64,000 bases of DNA from contig JBHGNT010000020.1 in assembly GCA_043228905.1 (NCBI GenBank), positions 3,534,001 through 3,598,000 of the forward strand, read 5' to 3'. A program made the translations under genes and the position numbers. The DNA is from Azolla caroliniana. Its lineage: Eukaryota; Plantae; Polypodiophyta. This document shows positions 1-12,993 of the stretch, in pieces. The notes under the pieces were generated by a model. It was not told the origin of the DNA, made no database searches, and worked only from the letters and a program-made list of their open reading frames with translations. Each line of letters opens with the position of its first letter. Position 1 is the first letter of the stretch.

Positions 1-334
1 CCTAAAAATTTGGGTGCATGTCTTACTAAATAAATGGCTTATTACTAGGACATAACGTCCCGCTAATTGAGAGAGAGAGGGAGAGAGGGAACAAGCTTGT
101 TTTTTATATACATTTAATGTCATCGCTAAAACTTTATCATAGAGTAATAGACATGAGATAAATAGAAGACATCTGAACTACATTGTCCCTTTTGAGAAAT
201 TCATGGTGTGACAACTAAATGTATTGTACTTGAATGAAATACCTGGCGAGGTGTGTCTATAGTTAAAGAGCATACTTTGTATTCCAAAAAGGTTCATGTC
301 TCGGAAAGAGAGCCATCGATAAAGTTTTTGTAAA

Positions 335-503
335 TATAAGAGAGCAAATGTGTTTCTATTGGGAAAGAAAAATCGTAAGTGTTATGCAAATGATGATGGA
401 TTATCCCCCAATGTGCCCAAATTGCACTATTATAAGAGAGCAAATGTGTTTCTATTGAGAAAGAAAGATTGTGTGTTATGCAAAACGATGATGGATAATC
501 CCC
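335..503. repeat. Imperfect tandem duplication, ~96-bp period
   Basis: tataagagagcaaatgtgtttctattg(g/a)gaaagaaa...gtgttatgcaaa..gatgatggat.atcccc occurs at ~335 and ~431. Confidence 0.8.
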
Positions 504-987
504 TAATGACCCCAAACTGCACATTGTTCAAAACATATTAATAAAAAATTTATTGGATTTAATGTCTAGAGCTCGTGAAGAAATTTTGGAAAGATGACAA
601 GTGAATTTGATTGCATTACTAAATCAATGATGTCGTCAAAGAGAAACATCCAACACACGAGAGAAACTAGACGCATACACAATAAAGTGAACATGATGGT
701 GCCATTAAAGGAAGTCAAGAAACATTTACAATGCAAGTAAAAAATATCTTGTTAACTTCTTTTGCCATGCATAAAAGCTTAATTAGATGTGTTCACATAG
801 ATGTAAATTTAGCAAATACAAAAAGATGGTTAGCAAGAGACCAAAAATGTGCTATAGAGATAGATAGTGATAAGTGACAGATTTATACAAAAAGGTCAGG
901 GGGAGGGGATGAGAGTAGTACATGTTCTTCGCATAAATACTCTTGCAAAATGTATCGATTTTAATTTTGAAGAAGTGAAATGTGCAG

Positions 988-1345
988 GGATGTGATGCAT
1001 CAATCTTGCTTGACTCGCAACAAGGAATAGTGTCAGAGAGAGAATCTCCAGCCAACTTTGGTATCAGAGGCCTTTGGTTGATTGATCACATTAAAGAGGC
1101 TCTTGAGTTGGCATGTCCAGGCACAGTGTCATGTGCGGATATTGTGGTGTTGGCTGCACGAGAGGCTGTGCAAGTTAGTGGGGGGCCTTTAATACGAGAT
1201 GTGCCATTAGGCAGGCGTGATGCAATCATCGCTAGTAACTATCAAGCCACTAAACAACTCCCACCTTCTACAAGTGGTTTCAATGAATTTTACCAAATTT
1301 TTACTTCTAAAGGAATGACCCTCGAGGAAAGTGTTGCAATACTAG
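988..1345 (+). CDS. Class III secretory peroxidase (PER29-like), internal exon; exon 1 not seen in the window
   Basis: AG acceptor 986-987 and GT donor 1346. Encodes GCDASILLDS...NFGIR...CPGTVSCADIVVLAAREAV..GGP...LGRRD...LPP...GMTLEESVAILG, the hallmark plant peroxidase motifs. Confidence 0.95.
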
Positions 1346-1349
1346 GTAT

Positions 1350-1563
1350 CTCTCTCTCTCTCTCTCTCTTTTGGTGAAAACACATAATTATATTAATAAA
1401 TGTGTGTAAAAAACACTACTTACAATGGGTGTGACAATGGAGTATGGTCACCCACTAACTACATTACGTGGGTAGTGAAACATGTTGAATTGCCAATAGG
1501 AAAGACATCTCTCTCTCTCTTTTCGTAATTAGCTTACCCTAGTGGTAAGTCATTACACACACA

Positions 1564-1625
<62 letters not shown>

Positions 1626-1830
1626 AATTAGCTTACCCTAGTGCTAAGTCATTATGCACTCACTCACTCACACACACTCTCTCTCAAACACACAATTATA
1701 TTAATAAATGTGTGTGAAAAACACTACTTGGGTTTCACCATGGAGTATGGTCACTCACTAACTGCACGGGTTGTGGAACATGTCGGATTGCCAATAGGCA
1801 AGAATACTCTCTCTCTCTCTCTCTCTCCGT
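1350..1830. repeat. Intronic local duplications mixed with (CT)n/(CA)n microsatellites
   Basis: A ~140-bp block (aattatattaataaatgtgtgt...ggagtatggtcac...ttgccaatagg) occurs at ~1385 and ~1694. tcgtaattagcttaccctagtg.taagtcatta occurs at 1523 and 1622. Long (CT)n at ~1566-1621. Confidence 0.85.
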
Positions 1831-2855
1831 AAAGAATAATGTATTAATTATGGAAATAGACTACCAGACAAATAGAGGACCAAAAATATGACCCCAACAA
1901 GCTCATAACACCCGAAGATATATGTGGTCAATGGGCTAATAAAAAAGACGAGTATGATAGCCAACAATGTTATACAATTACAAACCCTCTTCATCTATAG
2001 TGGGAAACATGAAATGATCCATTGGTAATATTACCAGGGAAAGAATAAGACACTGATAGAGTATTAGTTTTTTGTAAAATGGAAAAACAAAAGATTTAAG
2101 CTATTAGCTTTCTATAGGGAGGGGGTGTTAGAATAAAATTAGTAACAAATGTCTTTGTGTCTTAGTAAAATGGTAAATTCAAGATTTGAACTCTTTACTT
2201 TTCATTTGGGGTTGGGGTAAAGAACAACACTCAATATCTAGATTTCAATATTTGAACTCTTACTTCCTTTTATCTAGGGGTATATATGGATATGATTTAC
2301 AACTAGATGGTGGCAACTTGCTCCCCCTCACACTTGCAGATATTTTGCAGTGTTACCCCCTCCATTTTATGTCTCTAGAAAGAACATCATAATTTTTCGA
2401 ATGCTATTTGTCTAGAAAAAAAATCAACTATGTTAAGAAAAAACTTTGAATATACCCATACGACATATATATATGAGATGGACAAAGGCTAAAGCTCTCT
2501 AAATACCCCTATGTATTTTGTTGATTCCTACAATGCTCTTATTTTTTCGTTATTTCCCTATATGCTCTTGGTCAAACCTCCCTACAAAGTAATATTGTGT
2601 GATTGCTATGTAAGCAATTAACCAGTCATCTCATTCCTTTCTTCTCAACATTATTTTCATTATTGTAGCTATTATATGGTTAATTCATTATCTTTTCTTC
2701 TTATTTGGGGTATTAATTATTGTGTTTTGGGAAAATAACGAAAACCTATTAGGGGATTACGTGAAATAAAGAGGAATCGTGTAGGTTTTTGAAACTATCA
2801 AGGTGTGATGCCCCTTTCTAAATAAGCTAAAGAGTTAATTCTACACTTAACTTCT

Positions 2856-5133
2856 TCTTCTTCTTTTCCAAAAAAAACTTCATCCATTAGTTATAAAATT
2901 TTACATATGAGATTAATATATACAAATCCCTATGGGGACGCGATAGGTCCATCTTATGTGGATGCCCACCGACTCAATAAAGGGGGAGGTCGACCATTGT
3001 AGGATGAAGGCTAGTCGTTGTCTTTCAACTCCATCAGAGTCGCCCTTGAGGCCATCATATTGGCTTTTTAGAGTGGCTACAACTTCGCTCCATATCTTTT
3101 GCATTAACACTATTGGTTGCGCGGTTTGGTGGGAGAAGACCCGTCTACACCGTTGTTTCCATAGAGTCCAAAGAGTTATTGACATTGATAGGAGTTGAGT
3201 GGACATTGTTGATGGTGGAGAAAAAAACCTCTTGTGCTTTTATCACCAAAACCATCCCCTCCTCCTGATGCTTGTATTTGTCAATTGGGGCCTGCCATGA
3301 TAGCCAACATATATTGCACCACTTAATTAAGCCTTACATCTGGCATAATTGCAATAAGCGGCCAACCCCCTTCCATATTCGATGGGACTCTGGGCAGTCC
3401 CATAGAGCGTGTCAGATTGATTCTATTGCATTTGGGCACGCTACACAATTAGGAGAGTTAAGGTTCCCATGCTGCCATGCACCAACTAGTAGTGACCTAT
3501 GAATTAATAGCCATTGGAAGGTGGTGATTCGCCGTGCGTGTTGTTGTTTCTAGATTTTTTTCCAAAACTTGATGATAATTGTGTGAGGAACATGATATGT
3601 GTGCCAGACCTTTGCAACAGCCGGCTCTCGGGCAATTTGAGCAACTAGAATATGACGACCCAATCTAGTTGTGAATTGGAAGAAAGGGATGGGTTTGCTT
3701 CCTTGCCCCGCGTAAGGATCATGCCATGTCCATTGCAAAGGGTCCTAAATAACCTTACGTAGCCATGTGTTTTCATGAGTACATATGTGCCAATCTGGTT
3801 GTACTTTGATAGGATCAGGATCTACAATCCATTTATGCCCAGTATACACTAGTACTTGAATTGTCTTATTTTGTGTTGGTGTCTCATTGTCTTGCAATTC
3901 AGAGCTTGCGATCCTGTCTAGTGTTTCCCTACCTCTTGGGAGCAAAGAGCCCTCCTCCTCATAGCTTATCCATTTCCCTATTGTCGTCCTTTGATTAGCA
4001 ACTTCCCTAATTAGTAAAGCGTTAATGATTTCATATCTCATAGCTCATCCGCCCCTGATTCCATGAAGTATGTTGGCTTGGTCTTGTATTGGCAATGACA
4101 TAAACCGTCTCCAACATTCTATACTTTTTCCTGAACCTTCCGCAATGTATCCCCATGACAACCCCTTACTTGATCCAATTAGTTGATTAGATTCATCTCT
4201 GATACATGGGTTCCATAGGATACGTTGATTGAGCCAAGCAGGTTTAGAGTTTGGTTGATCGCACTTGAGCCCTCGTTTAATGTCACACCATGCCTTCCAC
4301 ATGGATGCACTGAATTTATCCTCCAATTGGTGGGAGAAACTAGGTTTGAGCTCCATGTTTAGAATCCATCCAGTTTAGGGGTCCCAATTGTCCCCTTTTT
4401 TGGCGTAAAGTAAGCGAAACGTAACCGCAACAACATTTTCCAGCAATCATTCCCTGGTTGGAGTCCTCGCACCACAAATTTGGTGAGTAGGGCTTTTGAT
4501 TGTGAGAGGGGATTAATAAGACCCAATCCCCCTCTCAACTTAGGTGATGTGAGTATAGGCCACACCACCTTGGCTCGAGTTGCATGGTCTTCCTTACCAG
4601 ACCAAATGTAGTTGCGGACCAGTCGTTGAATCTGATGTATACTTTCCTTGGAGATTGTCCAGCATGATAGATTGTACCATGCTGTTGCGAGGAGTACCTG
4701 ATTTGCCACTATGATGCGACCTGCTAGCGACAATTTTTTAGAGCTCCAATGTATCAACTTTTGTCGAATGGAGAGGATAACATGTGCAATCATAGTCTCC
4801 GGAGGTATGTTGAACCCAATTTGGAAACCCAAATATTTGGCGCTCGCTCCTTGATTGATCCACTTGAACGCGGGATGGGGGTGCCATGCAGGATGTGCGT
4901 CAGGAGAAAACCATATTGCACAGGATTTGTGCCAATTGATCATGGCTTTGAATCTCTTGCAAAATACGTCTAAACCACTTTCTAGCTTTTGTAGATTTTC
5001 CAAGTCCCCTTGTAGGTAGACTGCGGTGTCATCTGCGAATTCTATATCCAAGAGGCTTTGGTGAGAATGGGACACACGAAGACCATGTAGGTTTAGTTGT
5101 CACAAGTTGAGAAAGCTAGAGAGTGCTTCGGCG
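2856..5133 (-). mobile_element. 5'-truncated L1/Tx1-type LINE (RT C-terminus to 3' end) in the peroxidase intron, antisense to the gene
   Basis: 19-bp TSD aattctacacttaacttct at 2837-2855 and 5134-5152. Motifs EFADDT, KYLG, LSLAGR, PK..GGLG, zf-RVT remnant. The 3' end matches the 7068-13501 copy and ends in a (GAA)n tail. Contains stops and frameshifts. Confidence 0.93.
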
Positions 5134-6435
5134 AATTCTACACTTAACTTCTATCCACTATTCCAATTCTTTGAGTTAATAAAAGACCCCTACATTTTTC
5201 ATGTTCTTCATAGAGCCCATTGCCTAGACACCCTTACTCATACAAAGAGCAAGTTTAAGGCATGCGATGACTTCCTTTCTTTCAAACCAAGTCCTATTTT
5301 GTGAACGTATATGACATAAGTGTACTTTCGAAATATCTAGGGTACTACTTTTCATGTATCCATACATCTTTCTTATATTGAGCATATTTTTTTTATATCA
5401 AGGGTGTTGTTGTGTATTGAGGTTCCGTATGTATGTCAAGGGTATTTCCCAACAATTGCTTTTCAAATATCAAGGGTATTGAGTGTATTGAGTGTTTGTT
5501 ATGTATGTCAAGGGTGTCCTGGATCGCCTCATATCCTACAAAAGCTTTTCTTTGTTTTCATATTTTTTAATTTGTGTGTTATGTCATCCTCACAAGCTTT
5601 AATCAATTTTTGGTTAAGTTCAAAAACAGAGTAAGGTTCACGTCTCACATTTGACTCCTTTGCTTCAAAATTTAAAACAGATAATGATTCATGCATTGTG
5701 AAAACATCAAAATTTCAAGACAATTCTACATATAATAAACTTTTGGTTAAGTGTGCGTCCATTTAAGTGCACCATTCTGTTAAGCACTTTTTTTTGGAGG
5801 CTTACATCTATGGATAAAAAAGATTACATTGTTTCATGACAAAATGACGTCAAATCAAATTACATTGTTTCCCTTAAGCATGCATGCATTGCTTGCATCT
5901 CATCATATGCAAGTGGTCCATTGGTGTTAGAAGCTTTGTCTTATAACTTCATCAATCTCTTCAAGGAGAATTTGATTAAGTTTTTCTTATTCATTTGTAT
6001 ATGCATTGACATATTCCATGTTTTCATCTTGAATTACTTCTACATTAGAGTGGGAGTGATTAGAGTGGTTGTGGGGGGTCTGATCATAGTTATGGAGTGA
6101 ATAGGGCGGTTGTGGGGCTTGCACTTTCTTGAACAATGCAGATAGAAACTTTGCACACAAAAATCCCGAAGTGTGCACTTTGTTCCCAAGATCAAAGCGC
6201 ACACATCGTAGTCACATTATCCTCTATAAGCCACAATGTCTAGCATAAAACAAGTATAGTATTAAAAGTGGTGAGACTTATAGTAAGTTGTTTACTCTCG
6301 CCAATGAGTTTCTTTTCTCATAAATATTAATGCATATTAAAATCAATGTTTATTTTTGGGAATAAATAAATAAATCAATGTTTAGTAAGTTTTATTGTAT
6401 ATTGGATGTCTAACTCCAAGAATTTGATTGTATAG

Positions 6436-6824
6436 GGGCACATACACTTGGAGTGGGACATTGCTCGAGTGTTGTAGATAGACTCTACCCACAAAAAGAT
6501 AAGAACATGGGTTTCCTCTTTTATAATTTATTGAGATTGAGATGCCCTACGGAGTACAACCCAGAAACAATAATTTCTAATGATCCCACTCCATTCGTTT
6601 TTGACACTCAGTACTTCACCCAATCTCTAGCTCTTAGGGGTGTTTTCCAAGTTGATTCCGATGTGGCAACAAATCCCATTACAAGCCCCATTGTAAACAA
6701 TTTCAATTCAAACCCAAACGCATTTTACCAAGCCTTCTCTTCTGCTTTCATAAAGCTCTCTCTCACAAATGTCTCTAGTGGAAATCAAGGGGAAATTCGT
6801 CAACATTGTCACTTTGTTAATTAA
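6436..6824 (+). CDS. Class III peroxidase, final exon
   Basis: AG at 6434-6435. Phase-1 join to 1345 gives GAHTLGVGHC (proximal His), then RLY, CP, D.TP..FDTQY, DSD, F..AF..AF.KLS, GEIRQHC and a TAA stop. Intron 1346-6435 is 5090 bp. Confidence 0.95.
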
Positions 6825-7142
6825 ACCATTGCCATGGAAAATGGGTGTATTGGATATGATCCAAAAGTTTCAAGCAATTCAATTTTCTATCACAGTATGT
6901 GAAATTCAAATTTAGCATCAATTAATGTTTGTGAATGGATTTATCATCAAGCCCCTCTAACAATGTTTTCACCAACAACCTCTAACATCATTTGGAATGT
7001 TTGTTGTTCAAATATAAATTGTACGTTTGTAACTTTGTATGCCTATGTCTAGTACCACTTATCTTCTTCTTTTTTCTTTTTCTTTTTCTTTTTTCCAAAA
7101 AAAACTCCTTCCATTAGTTATAAGATTTTACAAATGAGGCGA

Positions 7143-10100
7143 TTATGTACAAATCCCTAAAGGGACGCGATAGTTCCATCTAATGTGGAAGCCCACTGAC
7201 TCAAGAAAGGGAGAGGACGACCATTGTTGGATGAAGGCTATGCGTTGTCTTTCAACTCCCTCGGAGCCACCTTTAAGGCCATCATATTGGCTCTTCAGAG
7301 TGGCTACAATTTCACTCCATATCTCTTGCAGTAACCTTGTTGGATGGGTGGTTTGGTTGGAGAAGACTCGCCTACATCGTTGTTTCCATAGAATCCAAAG
7401 GGTTATTGGGCTGACCAATTCCAACACCTCTTGAGATTTGTCATTAAGAGGAAAATAGTGGACATTGTCGCTGGAGGAGAAAAGAACCTCTTGTGCTTTT
7501 ATCACCAAAGTCATCCCCTCCTCCTGATGCTCGTATCGGCCAATTGCAGCCTGCCATGATAGCCAACATATATTTCCCCACTTGATTGAACCTTGCACCT
7601 GGCATAATTGCAACAAGCGGCCAACCCCCCACCATGTTCTATGGGACGTTGGGCAGTCCCACAGAGCGTGTCATATGGATTCTACTGAATGTGAGCACTC
7701 TACACAATTAGGAGAGTTAAGGTTCCCACGTTGCCATGCTCCCACCGGTAGGGACTTATGTATTAACAGCCATTGGAAAGTGGTAATTCGCCTCGCGTGT
7801 TGTTGCTTCCAGATTTTCTGCCAAAACTTGGTGATTATTGCGGAGGGAACTTGCAATGTGCGCCAGACCTTTGCAGCAGCCGGTTCTCGGGCGGCTTGAG
7901 CAGCTAGAATGTGGCGACCCAATCTAGTTGTGAATTGGAAGAAAGGGATGGGTTTGCTTCCTTGCCCCGCGTAGGGATCACGCCATGTCCATTGCAAAGG
8001 GTCCCAACTGACCTTACGCAACCATGTGTTTTCATGAGTACATATATGCCAATCGGGTTGTACTTTGATCGGATCAGGATCTACAACCCATTTATGACCA
8101 GTGTACGCGAGTACTCAAATGGCGTTATTCTATGTGGGTGTCTCAGTGTCTCTCACTTCATGGCCTTCAAGCACGTCTGGTGATCCCCTACCTCTCGGGA
8201 TCAGAGAGCCCTCCTCCTCATGGCCTATCCATTTCTCCATTGTCGTCCTTTGAGTAGCAGAGTCCCTAATCAGTAGCGCGTTAATGATTTCCGATCTCAT
8301 AGTCCATCCGCCCCTGATTCCATGGAGTATGTTCGCTTGATCTTGTAGTGGCATTGATATAAACCGTCGCCAACATTCAATACTTTTGCCTGGACCTTCT
8401 GCAATGTATCCCCATGACAACCTCTTACGTGATCCCAGTAGTTGATTAGATTCATCCTTGAGACATGGGTTCCATAGGATACGTTGACTGAGCCAGGCAG
8501 GTTCGGATCTCGGTTGATCACACTGGAGCCCCCGACGAATGTCACACCATGCCTTCCACATGGATGCACTGAATCTGTCCTCCAAATGGCGGGAGAAACT
8601 AGGTTTGAGATCCATGTTTAGAATCCATCCCATTTGGGGGGCCCAATTGACCCCTTTTCGTGGCTTAAAGTAAGCGAAACGTAACCTCAGTAGCATTTTC
8701 CAACAATCATTTCCTGGTTGGAGTCCTCGCACCACAAATTTGGCCAGTAAGCCTTTCATTGTGAGAATAGGCCACGCCACCTTGGCGCGAGCTACATGGT
8801 CTTCCTTACCAGACCAAATGTAGTTGCGGACCAGTCGTTGAATCTGATGTATACTTTCCTTGGAGATTGTCCAGCATGATAGATTGTACCATGCTGTTGC
8901 GAGGAGTACCTGATTTGCCACTATGATGCGACCTGCTAGCGACAATTTTTTAGAGCTCCAATGTATCAACTTTTGTCGAATGGAGAGGATAACAGGTGCA
9001 ATCATAGTCTCCGGCGGTATGTTGAAGCCAATTTGGAAGCCCAAATATTTGGTGCTCGCTCCTTGATTGATCCACTTGAAAGCGGGGTGAGGGTGCCATG
9101 CCGGATGTGTTTCCTGAGAAAGCCATATTGCACAGGATTTGTGCCAATTGATCATGGCGTTGGATCACTTGCAAAATAAAACTAGCCCACTTTCTAGCTT
9201 TTGGAGGTTGTCCAGGTCCCCTTGCAGGTAGACTGTTGTGTCATCTGCAAATTCTATATCCAGGATGCCTTGGTAAGAATGAGGTATGGGAAGACCAAGT
9301 AGGTTGAGATGCCGCGAGTTGAGAAAGCAAGAGAGTGCTTCGGCGTATAATAGAAATAAGGATGGAGCTAGTGGACATCCCTACCGTACAGAGCGGGATA
9401 TTCGAAAAAAGGGGCCCCTTTCACCTGCCAGCGAAACACAACTGCTGCCATTCCTATAAAATCCTGCAATGCCTTTGATCCATGTCTCTTGAAAGCCGAG
9501 TTTCCTCATCACACTTTCTAGAAAGTTCCAGCATACCCTATCATAGGCTTTGTCAAAATCTAGTAGCACCACCACTACCTTCTTGTTGGTCTGCTTGGCA
9601 AGGGCTACTGCTTCCCAAAATGAGAAGAGGTTGTCTAGGATGCTCCGATTTCTAACGAAACCTGTTTGTGACGGATGAATGAGTTGAGGAAGAAGTGGAG
9701 TTAAACGGCGTGCCACGATTTTTGCGAGCAACTTATAGACAATATTGAGAAGAGTAATGGGCCGCCATTTGTGAATGTTGTTGGCATTCCCACCACTTTT
9801 AGGAATGAGATGTATCATCCCCTGTCCAAATTCCTCCGGCATGCTTCCAGAGGTGATGATCTCCTCATATGCCTGTAGGAGGTCTTCTTTAATAGTGCCC
9901 CAACGGCATGTGAAAAAGTGCGGGGTGAGACCGTCAATTCCGGGGCAGCTCTCAGCATCTAAATCAGTGAGGGCCTCCCATATCTCAATGAGACGCACAA
10001 GCCATGTATTCATTTCCGGTGTGACTTTCTCAGGTATGCTTTGGAGGATAATATCATCGCTTATGTCTTCCTCTGTAGCTATCATGTCTTCGGTAAGTAG

Positions 10101-11377
10101 GCAGCTATAATACCTTGTGGCAATATTCCTCATTTCGTCGCCATCCTTAGTGGTTGTTCCATCCTCCCGGTTGAGGCTACGCATCACAGTTCTAGCGTGC
10201 CTCGGGCCTTTGGAGCGGAAGAATTCCTTTGTGGTTTTGTCCCCTACTCGAATCCATCGCGCCATGCTGCCATGAAACTCCATGTCATATATTGCCTTTT
10301 CTGCCATGCTAAGTTCCTCTTTGGCCGTGGCGACTTGTCCTGCGATCCAACTACAGGATGGGTATCTCTGTTGGAGGCGTTGTAAGGCTATTAGTCCCCG
10401 TTTTGTCCTCTGTCACTTCTCCTGAGCATCCTTGCGTCTGGTCTTGACAATCTCATGTAGGAGAGTAGAGGATCTTGTTAATTTAGCTAAAAGTTTGTCT
10501 GATGCTGATGAGCCATTGACGGGTAATGACCATTGGTTGGATAGTTGGTCCGTCACGTCTATAAGTGTGTAAATAGTGTGTGGGATGCGAGTCTAGAATG
10601 GGCCCCATTTTCGGTGCAATTGAAAATGACAGCTACCGGGTAATGGTCAGAAAAAGTCGTGCCTGGAGTTATGCGACACCACCCTCCCTTCGCTTCTAAA
10701 GCCTCCCCCACATAAATGCGGTCAATGCGAGATAGGGTGGGTCCACTATTCCGCCCGTCTGAGCAAGAGAATAGGAGAGAGTCCCTTTTTCGTTGGAAGT
10801 TGGCAGAATGCCAGATGTCTCGCAGGTTAAGGTGGACACATAGCTTCTCCCATTGTTTGCGTTCCCTTCCTTGTAGGACTATGGGGTTGTTGTTGGAGCT
10901 ATCAAGAATGGATTCGATCATATTAAAATCCCCTCCAATGCACTACTCTTCTGCACCCACTACTTGTAGGCGGATGCGGTCCCAGAATGTTGCTCTTTCT
11001 GTTCTGTTGTTTGGAGCATAAACATTCATGAAGTTCCATCGTTTCCCTTGGATGGTCAGCGTGCAAAAATGTGCCCTACCAAGTATAAGTGATTCTTGGT
11101 GTATTAATCCCTGGGCTAGATGTTCCCGAATCAGAGTGCAAATACCACCATGATTTCCATTCTCCCCAATTGTTGGCTCCCAAATCGTTCGCCATGATCC
11201 AGGTAGAAGGTCTCCGACTTCCTTTAACTGTGTGCTATCGAGGTGGTGTTCCTGCAACATGATGATGTCAACACCACTCCCTAGTAAATGTTCTTCAAGA
11301 TCCCTTCTCAGTTTCCATCTATTTTGTTGGTCTAGTCTACTTCTGAGTCCTTGCACGTTCCATGTTATAATCTTCAT
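7143..11377 (-). pseudogene. LINE ORF2 (APE endonuclease, reverse transcriptase, zf-RVT), disrupted
   Basis: MKIITWNVQGL, LQEH, NVYAPN, SRIDR, SDH (endonuclease). PGIDG, WRPITLLN, QTGF, DFDKAYD, SVR*GCPLAP, FADD (RT). CVEC...ES..HALWDC. Split into several ORFs by stops and frameshifts. Confidence 0.92.
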
Positions 11378-11379
11378 AC

Positions 11380-12993
11380 TCATGGAATGGGGTGGGAGGT
11401 TGCCAGTTGTGCCTGGTGCTTTGTACAACAGGTCGTGAGTGGGGAGCACTCACCATTTAGACATCCAGACATTTCCAGGGATGGAATAGTAGTCCACATC
11501 CATGAGTGGAGTTTGTGGGCTATCTTGTGTGCTTCAATCGCCCCTTCATGCTTCTCATATAAATAGACAAAGCTTGGAGTTAGTTGGGTGTTTATGATAG
11601 TCCGCAAGTGGATGTGGCAAAGATGGGGGTCCTCTTCATCCATGGTGCACCAGAATTCAGTGTTATGCCAATGTTGCTTTAGTTCATTCATGAGCTCTTC
11701 ATCTCTTATTTGTGCTACAAAGCACGCTGCTTGGTTACATAACATATCTTTAATCTTGGATTTCGACCAATCTTCCTGAGTCGAAAGCAAGAGTGGAAAG
11801 GAGATTGAGGTCGTCGGAACTCCGTTATTGTGCATCGCTGATACATGTACCCTTATTTTTTCCACTGCCTTGGGCCCTATACCTAGCCATTTCAAGGCGT
11901 TTTGTGGGTGTGGTTCAAGGTCTTGGCTAGAGGAAGCACACTCATTTGTGTCCAGGATGACTATGATTTGAGGCGTGACATTCACACTTTTGCCTTGGGT
12001 TGCTTCTTCTGCATTGGGTGTCGTTCCACTCAAGCTCCTTATTAGGGTCTTTACATGACTTATTCGTCTGCGTTTCCCTGTTTTGTAAGCTTTAACGAGA
12101 ACTTTCTCTTGGGTGCTTGGTGTCACCTTAGGTCGTTCCTTTGGGCTTACGAAAGAACTAGGGGAATGCTCATCTGTGGAGGGGAGCTCTTGTAGTAGAT
12201 CAAAGTGATTGGGGCTCATAGGCGATGGAGGATTTTGTGCCGGTGATGATTTCCGAAGGACATGGGTTTTTTCCACCACTCGCCATTCCATCACAGCCTT
12301 GTTGGGTCGTGGTGGGGGAGGCTTTTGATGTCTTATGGTATCCTGGCCTTCCAAAGTCTCCTTTGTAGGATCTTTAATACGTCTTGTGGGGCAATTCTTT
12401 TTTAAATGACCAAGTTTTTTGCATGCAAAACATTGCCCCGGTGCGCCAATCACTTCTATGCATTGTTCAATTCGCATTCCGTTTTTCCCGGGAATGAGGA
12501 TCTTGGAGGGAAGTTTATTGATGTCCTGCACCAAGAGGCGGATAGAGGGAGGGCCTAGGTGCTTCTTTAGTCTGTCTGTTAGCGTTAGTTCCTCGTCCAA
12601 CATCATCCCAAAGGAGTTGCCAATAGTAGGAAGTAGCATGTTGTATTCTAAGGATAGTCCAGGAAACAACATTGTTACCTTTTTCATGGAGTCATCCTGT
12701 TGTGCGGCTTTCTCTGGGTTAAAACCATGTGTCCATTTACGCATGAACAACCATGTATTACGGACCTGGCAAGGGGAAAGTGCTATGAGGTTCGTTGCAG
12801 ACTCCGTGTCTTCTAGTATGATTTGATAGAAGCCTTTACCAAGCGGTTGGACTTCTTTTATACCACGGAGTTGTGAATGAAATTGAGCTTGCAACATATC
12901 TCGCAACAACCCTCTGTTTGGTCGTGATCCCATCACTCGGCATATGACCGCAATTCGCTCAAGGCGCTCTATCTCTTTCTCAAGTAGAAGCAT
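11380..12993 (-). pseudogene. LINE ORF1 (DUF4283-like N-terminus plus CCHC zinc knuckle)
   Basis: LGKGFYQI...W..GFNP and CFACKKLGHLKKNC. The frame stays open upstream to a TGA at ~13108, so the original start was probably further 5'. Confidence 0.85.
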
